A stretch of DNA of 32,000 nt from Longivirga aurantiaca (GTDB taxonomy: Bacteria > Actinomycetota > Actinomycetes > S36-B12 > CAIYMF01), in the NCBI RefSeq assembly GCF_042660085.1, contig NZ_JBHSTI010000001.1, positions 1-32,000 on the forward strand. Direction: 5' to 3'. A program made the translations under genes and the position numbers. The notes beneath the pieces were generated by a model. The model worked only from the letters and a program-made list of their open reading frames with translations, did no database searches and was not told the origin of the DNA. Positions 24,812 to 32,000 of the stretch are shown piece after piece; within the stretch, counting starts at the first letter, position 1; each line of letters starts with the position of its first letter.

Positions 24812-26545
24812 CTACGTGCTGCTCGCGCCGTCCAGCCAGCGCTGCACCATGCCGGAGAGCGCGTCGATGCCGAACGGCTTGCTGAGGTAGTCGACCATCC
24901 CTGCGTCGCGGCACAGGTCGCGCTCGGTCTGCCCGACGTGCGCCGTGAGCGCGACGATCGGCACGTCGGCGGGGGTCGCACCGCCACCGTGGATGCGCCA
25001 CCAGCGCGTCGCCTCGCGCCCGTCCATGCCGGGCATCTGCACGTCCATGAGGACGAGCCCGTACGCCGTGACCCGCAGCGCCTCGATCGCGGCCTCGCCG
25101 CTCTCGACCACGTCGGTGGTGACGCCGAGCTTCCCCAGCATCGCGGCGGCGAGCCTGCGGTTGACGTCGTTGTCGTCGACCAGGAGCACCCGCGTGCTGT
25201 GGTCGGACCGGACCGTGGGCACGTGCACCGGTGCGTGCACGCGCAGCCGGGCCGCCGTACCGCCCTCGGCGCGGCGCCTGACCTCGACCGTCCCCCCGAG
25301 GGCCGCAGCGAGGCGTGCGGTCTGGGCCAGTCCGGAGCCTCCGGTGGGCCGGCTCGGCGTCTCCCAGGAGCAGCCGATGCCGTCGTCGACGACGTCGAAG
25401 ACCACGGCGTCGTCCTCGAGCGAGACGCTCAGCTGCACGGCCTCGGCGTGTGCGTGACGCACGGCGTTGTCGACGAGCTCGTCGAGGACCTGGGTGACGA
25501 GGGGCAGGGCGAGCTCGACCGGGTGGTCGCCCGGAGGGACCGACGCGACGGTCACCGGCACCGCGGTGCTCGAGTGGCGCTCGGCGACCTCGGTCACCAG
25601 GTCGCGCAGCACCGTCGGGGTACGCGGCCCGGCGACGCGACGCTCGGTGCCGTCGGCGATGGCGACGAGGGCGTCGGCCAGGCGGTCCAGCCGGTCGAGG
25701 TCGGCCGTGCCCTGCGAGTCCTCGGCGTCCACGCGGCCGCGCAGGTCGACCGAGACGTCGTGCAGCTCGTGCACGACCCACGCCGCGTACGCCGTGCGCG
25801 CGTCGTCGGTGCTCCTGCCGTGCCGGGTGAGCGCGGCCACGTCCTGGGTGCGCTGCGCCAGCAGCTCCTCGAGCCGGCGGCGGTCGTCGGCCTGGCGCTG
25901 CTGGGCCCGCTCCCACTCGACCGCGCGCCCCAGCTGGGCGGCGAGGGACGGTGCCAGCTGCAGCAGCCGCTCGTCGGCCGGCATCGGCTCGGGGTGCAGG
26001 AACTCCACGACTGCGACGACCTCGATGCCGGTGATGATCGGGAACGCCCAGGTGGATCCGGCCGCCTCGCCCTCGCGCCCGCGCCCCGGCGCCACCGACG
26101 TGTCGGGCACCCACGCCGCGAGGTGCGAGGCACCCACCTCGCCCGGGAGCCCCACCGCCGGGGTGAAGCGCCGGTCGACGGTCGCACCCATCACCGCATC
26201 GAGGAAGTCGAGCTCGACGGGGTCGGCGTCCCAGATGTCGGAGGTGACGAACGCGCCGTCGGGCTCGCGCAGCAGCACGTGCGAGACCGCGAACCTGCAG
26301 TGCCGGCGTACGACCTTCGCCGCTGCGCTCATCGCGGACAGGGCGTCGTCGGTCTCGTTGACGATGACCGCGATGGAGGCCAGCAGCTCCACCTCGCGGG
26401 CGCGCTCGAAGGCCCGCCTCAGCTGCATCTCGGCCGTGCGCTCGGCCTCGAGACGCGCGGCCCGCTCCTGCGCGGCGCGGTGCTCGAGGCGTGCGATCCC
26501 GTCCGGACCGACGTCGTCCGGGACCGAGCGCGGGTCGATGCTCAC
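24812..26545 (-). CDS. GAF / HATPase_c / receiver signalling protein, atypical histidine kinase
   Basis: 577 aa from GTG 26545. GAF-like region, VVHELHDVSVDL in place of the usual H-box, ATPase N-box DELVDNAVRHA and G-box VVDDGIG, intact C-terminal receiver (VLLVDDND, VLMDVQMPGMDG, VALTAH, SKPF). Confidence 0.85.
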   Translation of the reverse strand: MSIDPRSVPDDVGPDGIARLEHRAAQERAARLEAERTAEMQLRRAFERAREVELLASIAVIVNETDDALSAMSAAAKVVRRHCRFAVSHVLLREPDGAFVTSDIWDADPVELDFLDAVMGATVDRRFTPAVGLPGEVGASHLAAWVPDTSVAPGRGREGEAAGSTWAFPIITGIEVVAVVEFLHPEPMPADERLLQLAPSLAAQLGRAVEWERAQQRQADDRRRLEELLAQRTQDVAALTRHGRSTDDARTAYAAWVVHELHDVSVDLRGRVDAEDSQGTADLDRLDRLADALVAIADGTERRVAGPRTPTVLRDLVTEVAERHSSTAVPVTVASVPPGDHPVELALPLVTQVLDELVDNAVRHAHAEAVQLSVSLEDDAVVFDVVDDGIGCSWETPSRPTGGSGLAQTARLAAALGGTVEVRRRAEGGTAARLRVHAPVHVPTVRSDHSTRVLLVDDNDVNRRLAAAMLGKLGVTTDVVESGEAAIEALRVTAYGLVLMDVQMPGMDGREATRWWRIHGGGATPADVPIVALTAHVGQTERDLCRDAGMVDYLSKPFGIDALSGMVQRWLDGASST

Positions 26546-28950
26546 TGGGCCTGCCCGAGCACGACGTCGAGCAGCCGACGGAGCTCGCCGATGTCGACCG
26601 GCTTGCCGATGTGGCCGTCCATGCCGCTGGTGCGGCACCGGTCGAGCACGGCGTCGTCCGAGCCGCCGAACATCGCGTACACCGGCACCTTGGCCACGGC
26701 TGGGTTGCGCGACCTGCGGATGCGCTCGGTCATGTCCGGACCGTCCAGTCCCGTCATGCGTGCAGACACGAGGACGAGCCTCGTGCCCGGGGCGGACTCG
26801 AGGAGCTCGAGAGCCTCCTCGCACGAGGCGACGGCGACGCCCGAGGTGCCCAGGCGCTGCAGCAGGCGCATGACGTGGCCGCGGCGCGGCTCGCTCGACT
26901 CGACGACGAGCACCGAGGGGGCGACCCGCACCGGGGTCTCGCGCACGTCCTCGTCCGAGGTGTCGGCGGCGACCTCCTCGAGGCGCAGGACGAAGCGGAA
27001 CGCCGATCCCACGCCGACGGCGGAGTCGACCACGATCTGCCCACCCATGAGCCCGACGAGCCGGTCGGCGATCGCGAGCCCCAGCCCGGTGCCCTCCTGG
27101 CTGCTGCGGGCCTGGACGAAGGGGTCGAAGATCGACGCGGCCTGCTCGGGCACGATGCCGGGGCCGGTGTCGCGCACCTCGACCTCGACGACGGACTCCG
27201 GGCCGCGCTGGGACACCAGGCGCAGCGCGAGCGAGACCGAGCCGGACTCGGTGAACTTCACCGCGTTGCCGACGAGGTTGACGAGCACCTGCCGGAACCG
27301 CACCGGGTCGCCGAGCACGCGCGACGGCGTCCCGGGGTCGATCGACAGCGCCAGCTCGATTCCCTTCGCCCGCGCCTGCGGCCCGAGGAGGTCGACGACG
27401 GCCTTCGCGCTGTCGGCGACCGAGAAGGGCTCGGTCACGAGGTCGATGCGGCCGGCCTCGACCTTCTGCAGGTCGAGGATGTCGTTGATGATCGACACGA
27501 GGTTGGTGGCCGACATGTCGATGACGCCGACGAGCTCGCGCTGCTCGCCGTCGAGGTCGGTCGTGCGCAGCAGGTCGACGGTGGCGAGCACGCCGTGCAT
27601 CGGCGTGCGGATCTCGTGGCTCATCGAGGCGAGGAACTGCGACTTCGCGTCCGAGGCTGCGATCGCCTCGTCGCGGGCGCGGGCGAGCGCCCCCTGGTAG
27701 AGCACGCGGTCGGTCGCGTCCCGGAACATCCAGAGCGCCCCGAGGTCCTGCCCCTCGGACACGATGGGCTGGAAGTCGAACTCGAGCACGCGCGATCCCG
27801 AAAGGGTCAGCGACTGGTTGGATGTGGGCCACCGACGCGCGGTGAGGGTCTCGGTACGCCGCAGGAACGCTGCCGGGTCGTCCTCGGGGCGCACGACCTG
27901 CGCGATGGCCGCGCTGATCGGAAGCCCGGTGAGCTCGTCGGGGTCGGCCTCGGAGCGGAACATCTGGCAGAGCATGGCGTTGGCCATCACGATGCGTCGC
28001 TGCCGGTCCTCGACGAGCACGCCCGACTGCATGTGGTCGAGGAGCGTGGTGAGGCGCGACATCGTGTCGTGCAGCTCGATCTCCGCGGTCTTGGTCTTGG
28101 TGATGTCGAGCATGAAGCCGAAGCGGCGTCGTCGCCCGTCCTCGTCCTCGACGACGGTGTCGACCGCCCGGGTCCAGACAACCTGACCGTCGGCGCACAG
28201 CAGCCGAACCTCCTCGTCGTACGGGCTGTCGTCCGCCTCGGCGGCGCGGTTGGCCGCCCAGGCCCGCTCGCGGTCCTCGGGGTGCACGACCACCCGGAAG
28301 AAGAAGGCCTGCTCGGTGAGCCACCGGCGTACGGGGTAGCCCAGCCAGTCGACCACCTGGGGGCTGATGAACTCGGCCACCGACTCGTCGCCGAGGGTGT
28401 CGATGTACATCACGAGCGGCTGCAGCTCGACGATGCGGCGGTACTGCGCCTCGGCCCGGGTGAGCATCCGGTTGGCATCACGGAGCTCGGTGGCCGACCG
28501 CTGCAGCTCGGCGTTCAGCGTGCGCAGGTCGTCGAGGCTGCGCTCCTGGCCGCGGCGCAGGAACAGCAGGTCGGGGGTCTGGTCGACCGGGGAGAAGTCC
28601 GCCGCGGACAGCCCGAGACGATCGAGCTCCTGGGACGAGGAGACGATCGGGTTGCCGATGAGCAGGACTCCGGGCGGGTCCGAGACGTCGACCGCCTGGA
28701 AGCGCAGCCGGGGACCCTCGGGCAGCAACCGCATGAGCAGCATGGAGTCGCGGTGGTCGCGGATCTGCTCGATCGTGGACACGCCGAGGGGGCGGACCAC
28801 CTCGAGCACCTCGAGGAGCGGGCGACCGACCAGGTCGACCCCGAGGCGCGCCCACGACGGGCCCTGCCGGACGACGACGAGGTCCTCGTCGCACAGCACC
28901 CCGAACGGTGCCGCGCGGTCGAGGTCGTCGTCGCGGAGCTGGATGCTCAC
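26542..28950 (-). CDS. HNOBA-like / PAS / histidine kinase / degenerate receiver hybrid sensor kinase
   Basis: 802 aa from GTG 28950. N-terminal HNOBA-like region, PAS regions, H-box FLASMSHEIRTPMHGVL, N-box NLVGNAVKFTESG, DTGPGI, GTGLGLAI. The C-terminal receiver lacks the phospho-acceptor Asp. Confidence 0.9.
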   Translation of the reverse strand: MSIQLRDDDLDRAAPFGVLCDEDLVVVRQGPSWARLGVDLVGRPLLEVLEVVRPLGVSTIEQIRDHRDSMLLMRLLPEGPRLRFQAVDVSDPPGVLLIGNPIVSSSQELDRLGLSAADFSPVDQTPDLLFLRRGQERSLDDLRTLNAELQRSATELRDANRMLTRAEAQYRRIVELQPLVMYIDTLGDESVAEFISPQVVDWLGYPVRRWLTEQAFFFRVVVHPEDRERAWAANRAAEADDSPYDEEVRLLCADGQVVWTRAVDTVVEDEDGRRRRFGFMLDITKTKTAEIELHDTMSRLTTLLDHMQSGVLVEDRQRRIVMANAMLCQMFRSEADPDELTGLPISAAIAQVVRPEDDPAAFLRRTETLTARRWPTSNQSLTLSGSRVLEFDFQPIVSEGQDLGALWMFRDATDRVLYQGALARARDEAIAASDAKSQFLASMSHEIRTPMHGVLATVDLLRTTDLDGEQRELVGVIDMSATNLVSIINDILDLQKVEAGRIDLVTEPFSVADSAKAVVDLLGPQARAKGIELALSIDPGTPSRVLGDPVRFRQVLVNLVGNAVKFTESGSVSLALRLVSQRGPESVVEVEVRDTGPGIVPEQAASIFDPFVQARSSQEGTGLGLAIADRLVGLMGGQIVVDSAVGVGSAFRFVLRLEEVAADTSDEDVRETPVRVAPSVLVVESSEPRRGHVMRLLQRLGTSGVAVASCEEALELLESAPGTRLVLVSARMTGLDGPDMTERIRRSRNPAVAKVPVYAMFGGSDDAVLDRCRTSGMDGHIGKPVDIGELRRLLDVVLGQAQ

Positions 28951-29504
28951 GGTGCCCCGGACGCCGTCAGCCGTACGTGGAAGACCTCGTGGTCGGTGCC
29001 GTCGGACGCGACGGCGTCGTGGGTGACCGCTGCGGGCGTGCCGTAGAGGTCGCCGAGCCCTTCGAGCAGGCCCACGACGAACGGCACGAGCCCGGCCCGC
29101 TCGGACCGGTAGTGGACGTCGAGGCCGTCCTCACCCGTCTCGACGACGTCGAACGACGGCGGTCGCAGCTCCGGGTAGAGCGACTGCAGCCGCGCGTGCA
29201 TCTCGTCGAGGTTGCGCAGCACGGACGCCACGTCGGTGCCCGTCGCGCCCAGGATGTCGCCGTAGCTCTCGGGCCCGACGCGGGTGGACCAGTAGTGGCC
29301 GAACCCGCGCAGCAGGTCCTCGGCCGGTGCGTCGAGCACCTCGCTCGCGGCCCCGACGAGGGCGTAGGTCACCGAGTCGTCGTAGTAGTGCAGGGCGGCG
29401 AACGTCTGGCTGGTCTCGGCCCGGAGGGCGATGCTGCTCCAGGCGGCGGGGCCGGCGTTCTCCACGACGTGGCGGCGCATCGCCTCGTTGATGAGCCCGT
29501 ACAT
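28947..29504 (-). CDS. H-NOX (heme NO/O2-binding) domain protein
   Basis: 185 aa from ATG 29504, preceded by SD-like gagagggg. MYGLINEAM, proximal His in NLDEMHARLQSLYPELRPPSF (codon 29196-29198) and the YxSxR heme propionate motif in HYRSERAGL. Confidence 0.93.
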   Translation of the reverse strand: MYGLINEAMRRHVVENAGPAAWSSIALRAETSQTFAALHYYDDSVTYALVGAASEVLDAPAEDLLRGFGHYWSTRVGPESYGDILGATGTDVASVLRNLDEMHARLQSLYPELRPPSFDVVETGEDGLDVHYRSERAGLVPFVVGLLEGLGDLYGTPAAVTHDAVASDGTDHEVFHVRLTASGAP

Positions 29505-29570
29505 CGACGGCACCCCTCTCCGACTCGACGGCGTGGCCGTGCGCCCGCGGCGGGCGGGCGGACGGTCGGA

Positions 29571-30257
29571 TCAGACCGGCTCGAACCGGTACCCGACCCC
29601 ACGCAGCGTACGGATGTGCCGCGGCGATGCGGCGGACTCGCCGAGCTTCTTGCGCAGCTTGCCGACGTGGACCTCGATGACGTGGTCGTCGCCGAACCAC
29701 TCGCCCCAGATCTGCTCGAGCAGCTGCTCGCGGGTGAAGATGCGGCGCGGGTTGCCCGAGAGCAGGTCCAGGATGTCGAACTCGATCTTGGTGAGCTCGA
29801 CCTCCTCGCCGTCGACCTTCACCTCGCGGGCCAGCGGATCGACGATCAGGTGGCCGAAGTCGCGGACCTCCTGCTGCGCGCGCTGACGGGGGCGGCGGCG
29901 CATCGCGCGGATGCGGGCGGCGAGCTCGCGCGGGGAGAAGGGCTTCGTGACGTAGTCGTCGGCGCCGACCGTGAGGCCCACGATCTTGTCGACCTCGTCG
30001 TCGCGCGAGGTGACCATCACGACGTACGCGTCGCTGAAGACGCGGAGCTGGCGGCACACCTCGACGCCGTCGCAGTCCGGGAGCGAGAGGTCGAGGATGA
30101 CGAGCTCGGGCTTGCCGGCCCGGGCGAACTCCAGCCCCTTCTTCCCGAGCGGGGTCGCGACGACGTCGTACCCCTCCTTCTCGAGGAGACCGCGAACGAG
30201 CAGGGTGATCTCTGGCGAGTCCTCGATGATGAGGGCTTGACCTCGCTGGGTGGCCAC
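29571..30257 (-). CDS. OmpR/PhoB-family response regulator
   Basis: From GTG 30257 with upstream SD-like aaagga. ALIIEDSPE, LVILDLSLPDCDG, MVTSR, TKPFSPREL, and C-terminal winged helix (FTREQLLEQIWG...VIEVHVGKLRKKLG...IRTLRGVGYRFEP). Confidence 0.95.
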   Translation of the reverse strand: MATQRGQALIIEDSPEITLLVRGLLEKEGYDVVATPLGKKGLEFARAGKPELVILDLSLPDCDGVEVCRQLRVFSDAYVVMVTSRDDEVDKIVGLTVGADDYVTKPFSPRELAARIRAMRRRPRQRAQQEVRDFGHLIVDPLAREVKVDGEEVELTKIEFDILDLLSGNPRRIFTREQLLEQIWGEWFGDDHVIEVHVGKLRKKLGESAASPRHIRTLRGVGYRFEPV

Positions 30258-30335
30258 GATGCCTGTCCTTTCGCCTTGTCCGGTGACGGGGCGGACTGAC
30301 TGAGACATCGGCGCGGATTGCGCGCGTCCTGAGTT

Positions 30336-30381
30336 ACTCCGTCCGTGTTCCACCGGAAGTACCTCTCCGGTCAACTCCGTC
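30336..30381. promoter_or_regulatory. Candidate operator region upstream of the response regulator/H-NOX operon
   Basis: Inverted repeat ACCGGA-N8-TCCGGT (30352-30371) flanked by direct repeats ACTCCGTC at 30336-30343 and 30374-30381. Confidence 0.35.
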
Positions 30382-30480
30382 GCTCACTTCATCACATCCG
30401 CCTCTCGGGATGCTCAACGAGCGATCAGCGGACGAGAGCGATCGGAGAGGAACCGGTGACCGCGGCGTACGCCGACCCGG

Positions 30481-31662
30481 TCACCCCGAGGACGCGGGGT
30501 CCTCGACGACGTCGTACGTCGGCGCGTAGGTCTCGAGGAACGACATCACGATCGCGGCGACGGGAACGGCGAGGAGGGCACCCGCAGCGCCGAACAGCGA
30601 GGCACCGAACATGACCGCCCCGAACGACACCGCTGGATGCAGGTCGACCGCCTTGGCGCTGATCCTGGGCTCGATGGTGAGGTTCTCGACCTGCTGGTAG
30701 AGCAGCGCCCACACCAGTGCGATGAGGCCGTCCTTCGGGTCGTCGGACAGCACGCCGATGAGCACCGGCAGCGCGATCGCGATGTAGGTACCGATGGTGG
30801 GCACGAACTGCGCCACGATGCCGGTCCAGATGCCGAGCGGCAGCCAGTAGGGCATCCCGATGAGGTACAGCACCAGGGCCGTCGTGCTGCCGTTGATGAA
30901 GGCGAGCACGAGGCGCGCCGCGACGTAGCCGCCGGCCTTCTGGATCGCGGTGTCCCAGAGCTCGCTGTTGACCTTCTGCGCGCTGCGCGGCAGGAACTTC
31001 GCGATCCACCGGCGCAGGCGTGGGGCGTCGGCCGACAGGTAGAACGTGAACAGCAGCAGCGTGAACACGTTGAAGACCGAGCCGAGGAACGTGAAGATCG
31101 CCCCGAAGATGCCGCCTGCCGCCCCGGCCGCCCACGACGCGATGGCGCCCGGGGTCAGCCCGATGCTGTCGAGGATCTTCTCCACGCTGAGGTCCGTCGA
31201 GAACTGCCTGTTGATCCAGTCGATGACGTTCGTGACGACGTCCGGCAGCGAGGTGATGAGCTGCAGCAGCTGCTCGACCAGCAGGTTCCCGAAGATCAGG
31301 AAGAAGACCACGGTGCCCAGGAGCGCGAGGATCATGATCAGGCCGGTCGCGAGGCCGCGCCTCATGCCCCGGCGCGCGAAGAAGCCGACCGCCGGCTCCA
31401 TGGCCACCGACAGGGCGAACGCCATGATGATCGTGAAGAGCACGCCGCCGGCATCCTCGAGCACGAACATGAAGAACCAGACCACGGCTGCGATGACGAG
31501 CACCATCGCCGCCACGCGACGCAGGTTGCCCAGGTCGAAGACGACCGTGGCCTCGCGCTCGGGCGCCTTCACGCGGTCGGCAGCGCGCACCCCGGGCGCC
31601 GTGCCGGGCGTGGTCTCCGCAGCAGCGATCTGATCGCCTGCAGTCTCGTCGTCGTTCGCCAT
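30481..31662 (-). CDS. AI-2E family transporter (PerM-like)
   Basis: 393 aa; multi-TM, GIWTGIVAQFVPTIGTYIAIALPVL, YQQVENLTIEPRISAKAVDLHPAV. SD-like gggagggg upstream of ATG. Confidence 0.92.
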   Translation of the reverse strand: MANDDETAGDQIAAAETTPGTAPGVRAADRVKAPEREATVVFDLGNLRRVAAMVLVIAAVVWFFMFVLEDAGGVLFTIIMAFALSVAMEPAVGFFARRGMRRGLATGLIMILALLGTVVFFLIFGNLLVEQLLQLITSLPDVVTNVIDWINRQFSTDLSVEKILDSIGLTPGAIASWAAGAAGGIFGAIFTFLGSVFNVFTLLLFTFYLSADAPRLRRWIAKFLPRSAQKVNSELWDTAIQKAGGYVAARLVLAFINGSTTALVLYLIGMPYWLPLGIWTGIVAQFVPTIGTYIAIALPVLIGVLSDDPKDGLIALVWALLYQQVENLTIEPRISAKAVDLHPAVSFGAVMFGASLFGAAGALLAVPVAAIVMSFLETYAPTYDVVEDPASSG

Positions 31663-31857
31663 GTGCGTCCCCTCCCGGCGCTGGTCCCCCGGGCGATCGT
31701 AGAGGTGGGGCCGGGGGCAGGCGGGTGGTCGTGGCGCTACGGCTGGTTACGCGGGCGAGCGATCTCACAGCGGAGATCTCCCGACGGCCCGGCGACGGCG
31801 CCCGCGGGTCGCTAGCGTCGAACCCGTCAGCACGTCACGCCGCAGGACGGGAAGACC

Positions 31858-32000
31858 ATGCGCACGATCGCCCTCGAGGAGCTCGCCGGCATCCTCGCCC
31901 CCCTCCCGACCCACCCCCGCGTCGTCGTGTCGGGCAACTTCGCCACGCCGCACGTGGTGCTCGCAGCCGTCGACGCCGCGCTGCCGACGTACCGCCTGCA
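31858..32000 (+). CDS. Acetyl-CoA hydrolase/transferase family protein (5' end only, runs off the window)
   Basis: ATG 31858 preceded by SD-like ggacggga; translation begins MRTIALEELAGILAPLPTHPRVVVSGNFATPHVVLAAVDAALPTYRL. Confidence 0.65.
   Translation, partial: MRTIALEELAGILAPLPTHPRVVVSGNFATPHVVLAAVDAALPTYRL

Noticed and set aside
24938-29046. Large plus-strand ORFs (920 aa at 24938..27700 and 851 aa at 26491..29046) opposite the kinase genes
   Set aside because: Antisense shadow ORFs. The opposite strand encodes recognisable kinase, receiver and GAF motifs.
28947-29513. Tracked GTG start at 29513 for the H-NOX gene
   Set aside because: ATG 29504 gives the typical H-NOX N-terminus (MYGLIN) and has a well-spaced gagagggg SD, which would be too close to the GTG.
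1-32000. CRISPR arrays, transposases, integrases, prophage genes, tRNA or rRNA
   Set aside because: No regularly spaced repeats, transposase/integrase motifs or recognisable structural RNA sequences were seen by eye. A formal scan with tRNAscan-SE, Infernal and a CRISPR finder was not possible.

Overview
This is a GC-rich chromosomal window that looks actinobacterial. It is densely packed with about 27 protein-coding genes. I saw no rRNA, tRNA, CRISPR array or mobile element. From left to right it contains: a dimethylglycine/sarcosine dehydrogenase-like FAD/GcvT protein; a DUF2804 protein; a YjjI-type glycyl radical enzyme with its YjjW activase; a DUF5718 protein; a succinate dehydrogenase operon (B, A and single membrane anchor); an M20 peptidase; DUF1015; lysoplasmalogenase; DUF1801; DUF2252 and a ROK kinase; an AlkB-like dioxygenase; a DHA2-type MFS transporter; a HipA-family kinase with DUF3037; CopC and a CopD-CtaG fusion; and a signalling cluster at 24.4-30.3 kb. 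The window ends with an AI-2E family transporter and the start of an acetyl-CoA hydrolase/transferase. The strongest candidate for an under-described system is the 24.4-30.3 kb cluster. It encodes an OmpR-type response regulator, a stand-alone H-NOX protein that resembles the eukaryotic guanylyl cyclase beta1 subunit, and a hybrid kinase with an N-terminal HNOBA-like region and a C-terminal receiver that has lost its phospho-acceptor Asp. These are followed by a GAF/HATPase/receiver protein with an atypical H-box, and a convergent stand-alone Hpt protein. Together they suggest an NO-responsive trans-phosphorelay. Other observations are a repeated TANNNT box 6-7 nt upstream of ten start codons (predicted leaderless genes), an iron-box-like palindrome upstream of yjjI, a YjjW without its ferredoxin insert, a LexA-box-like site at alkB, and several notable intergenic inverted repeats.
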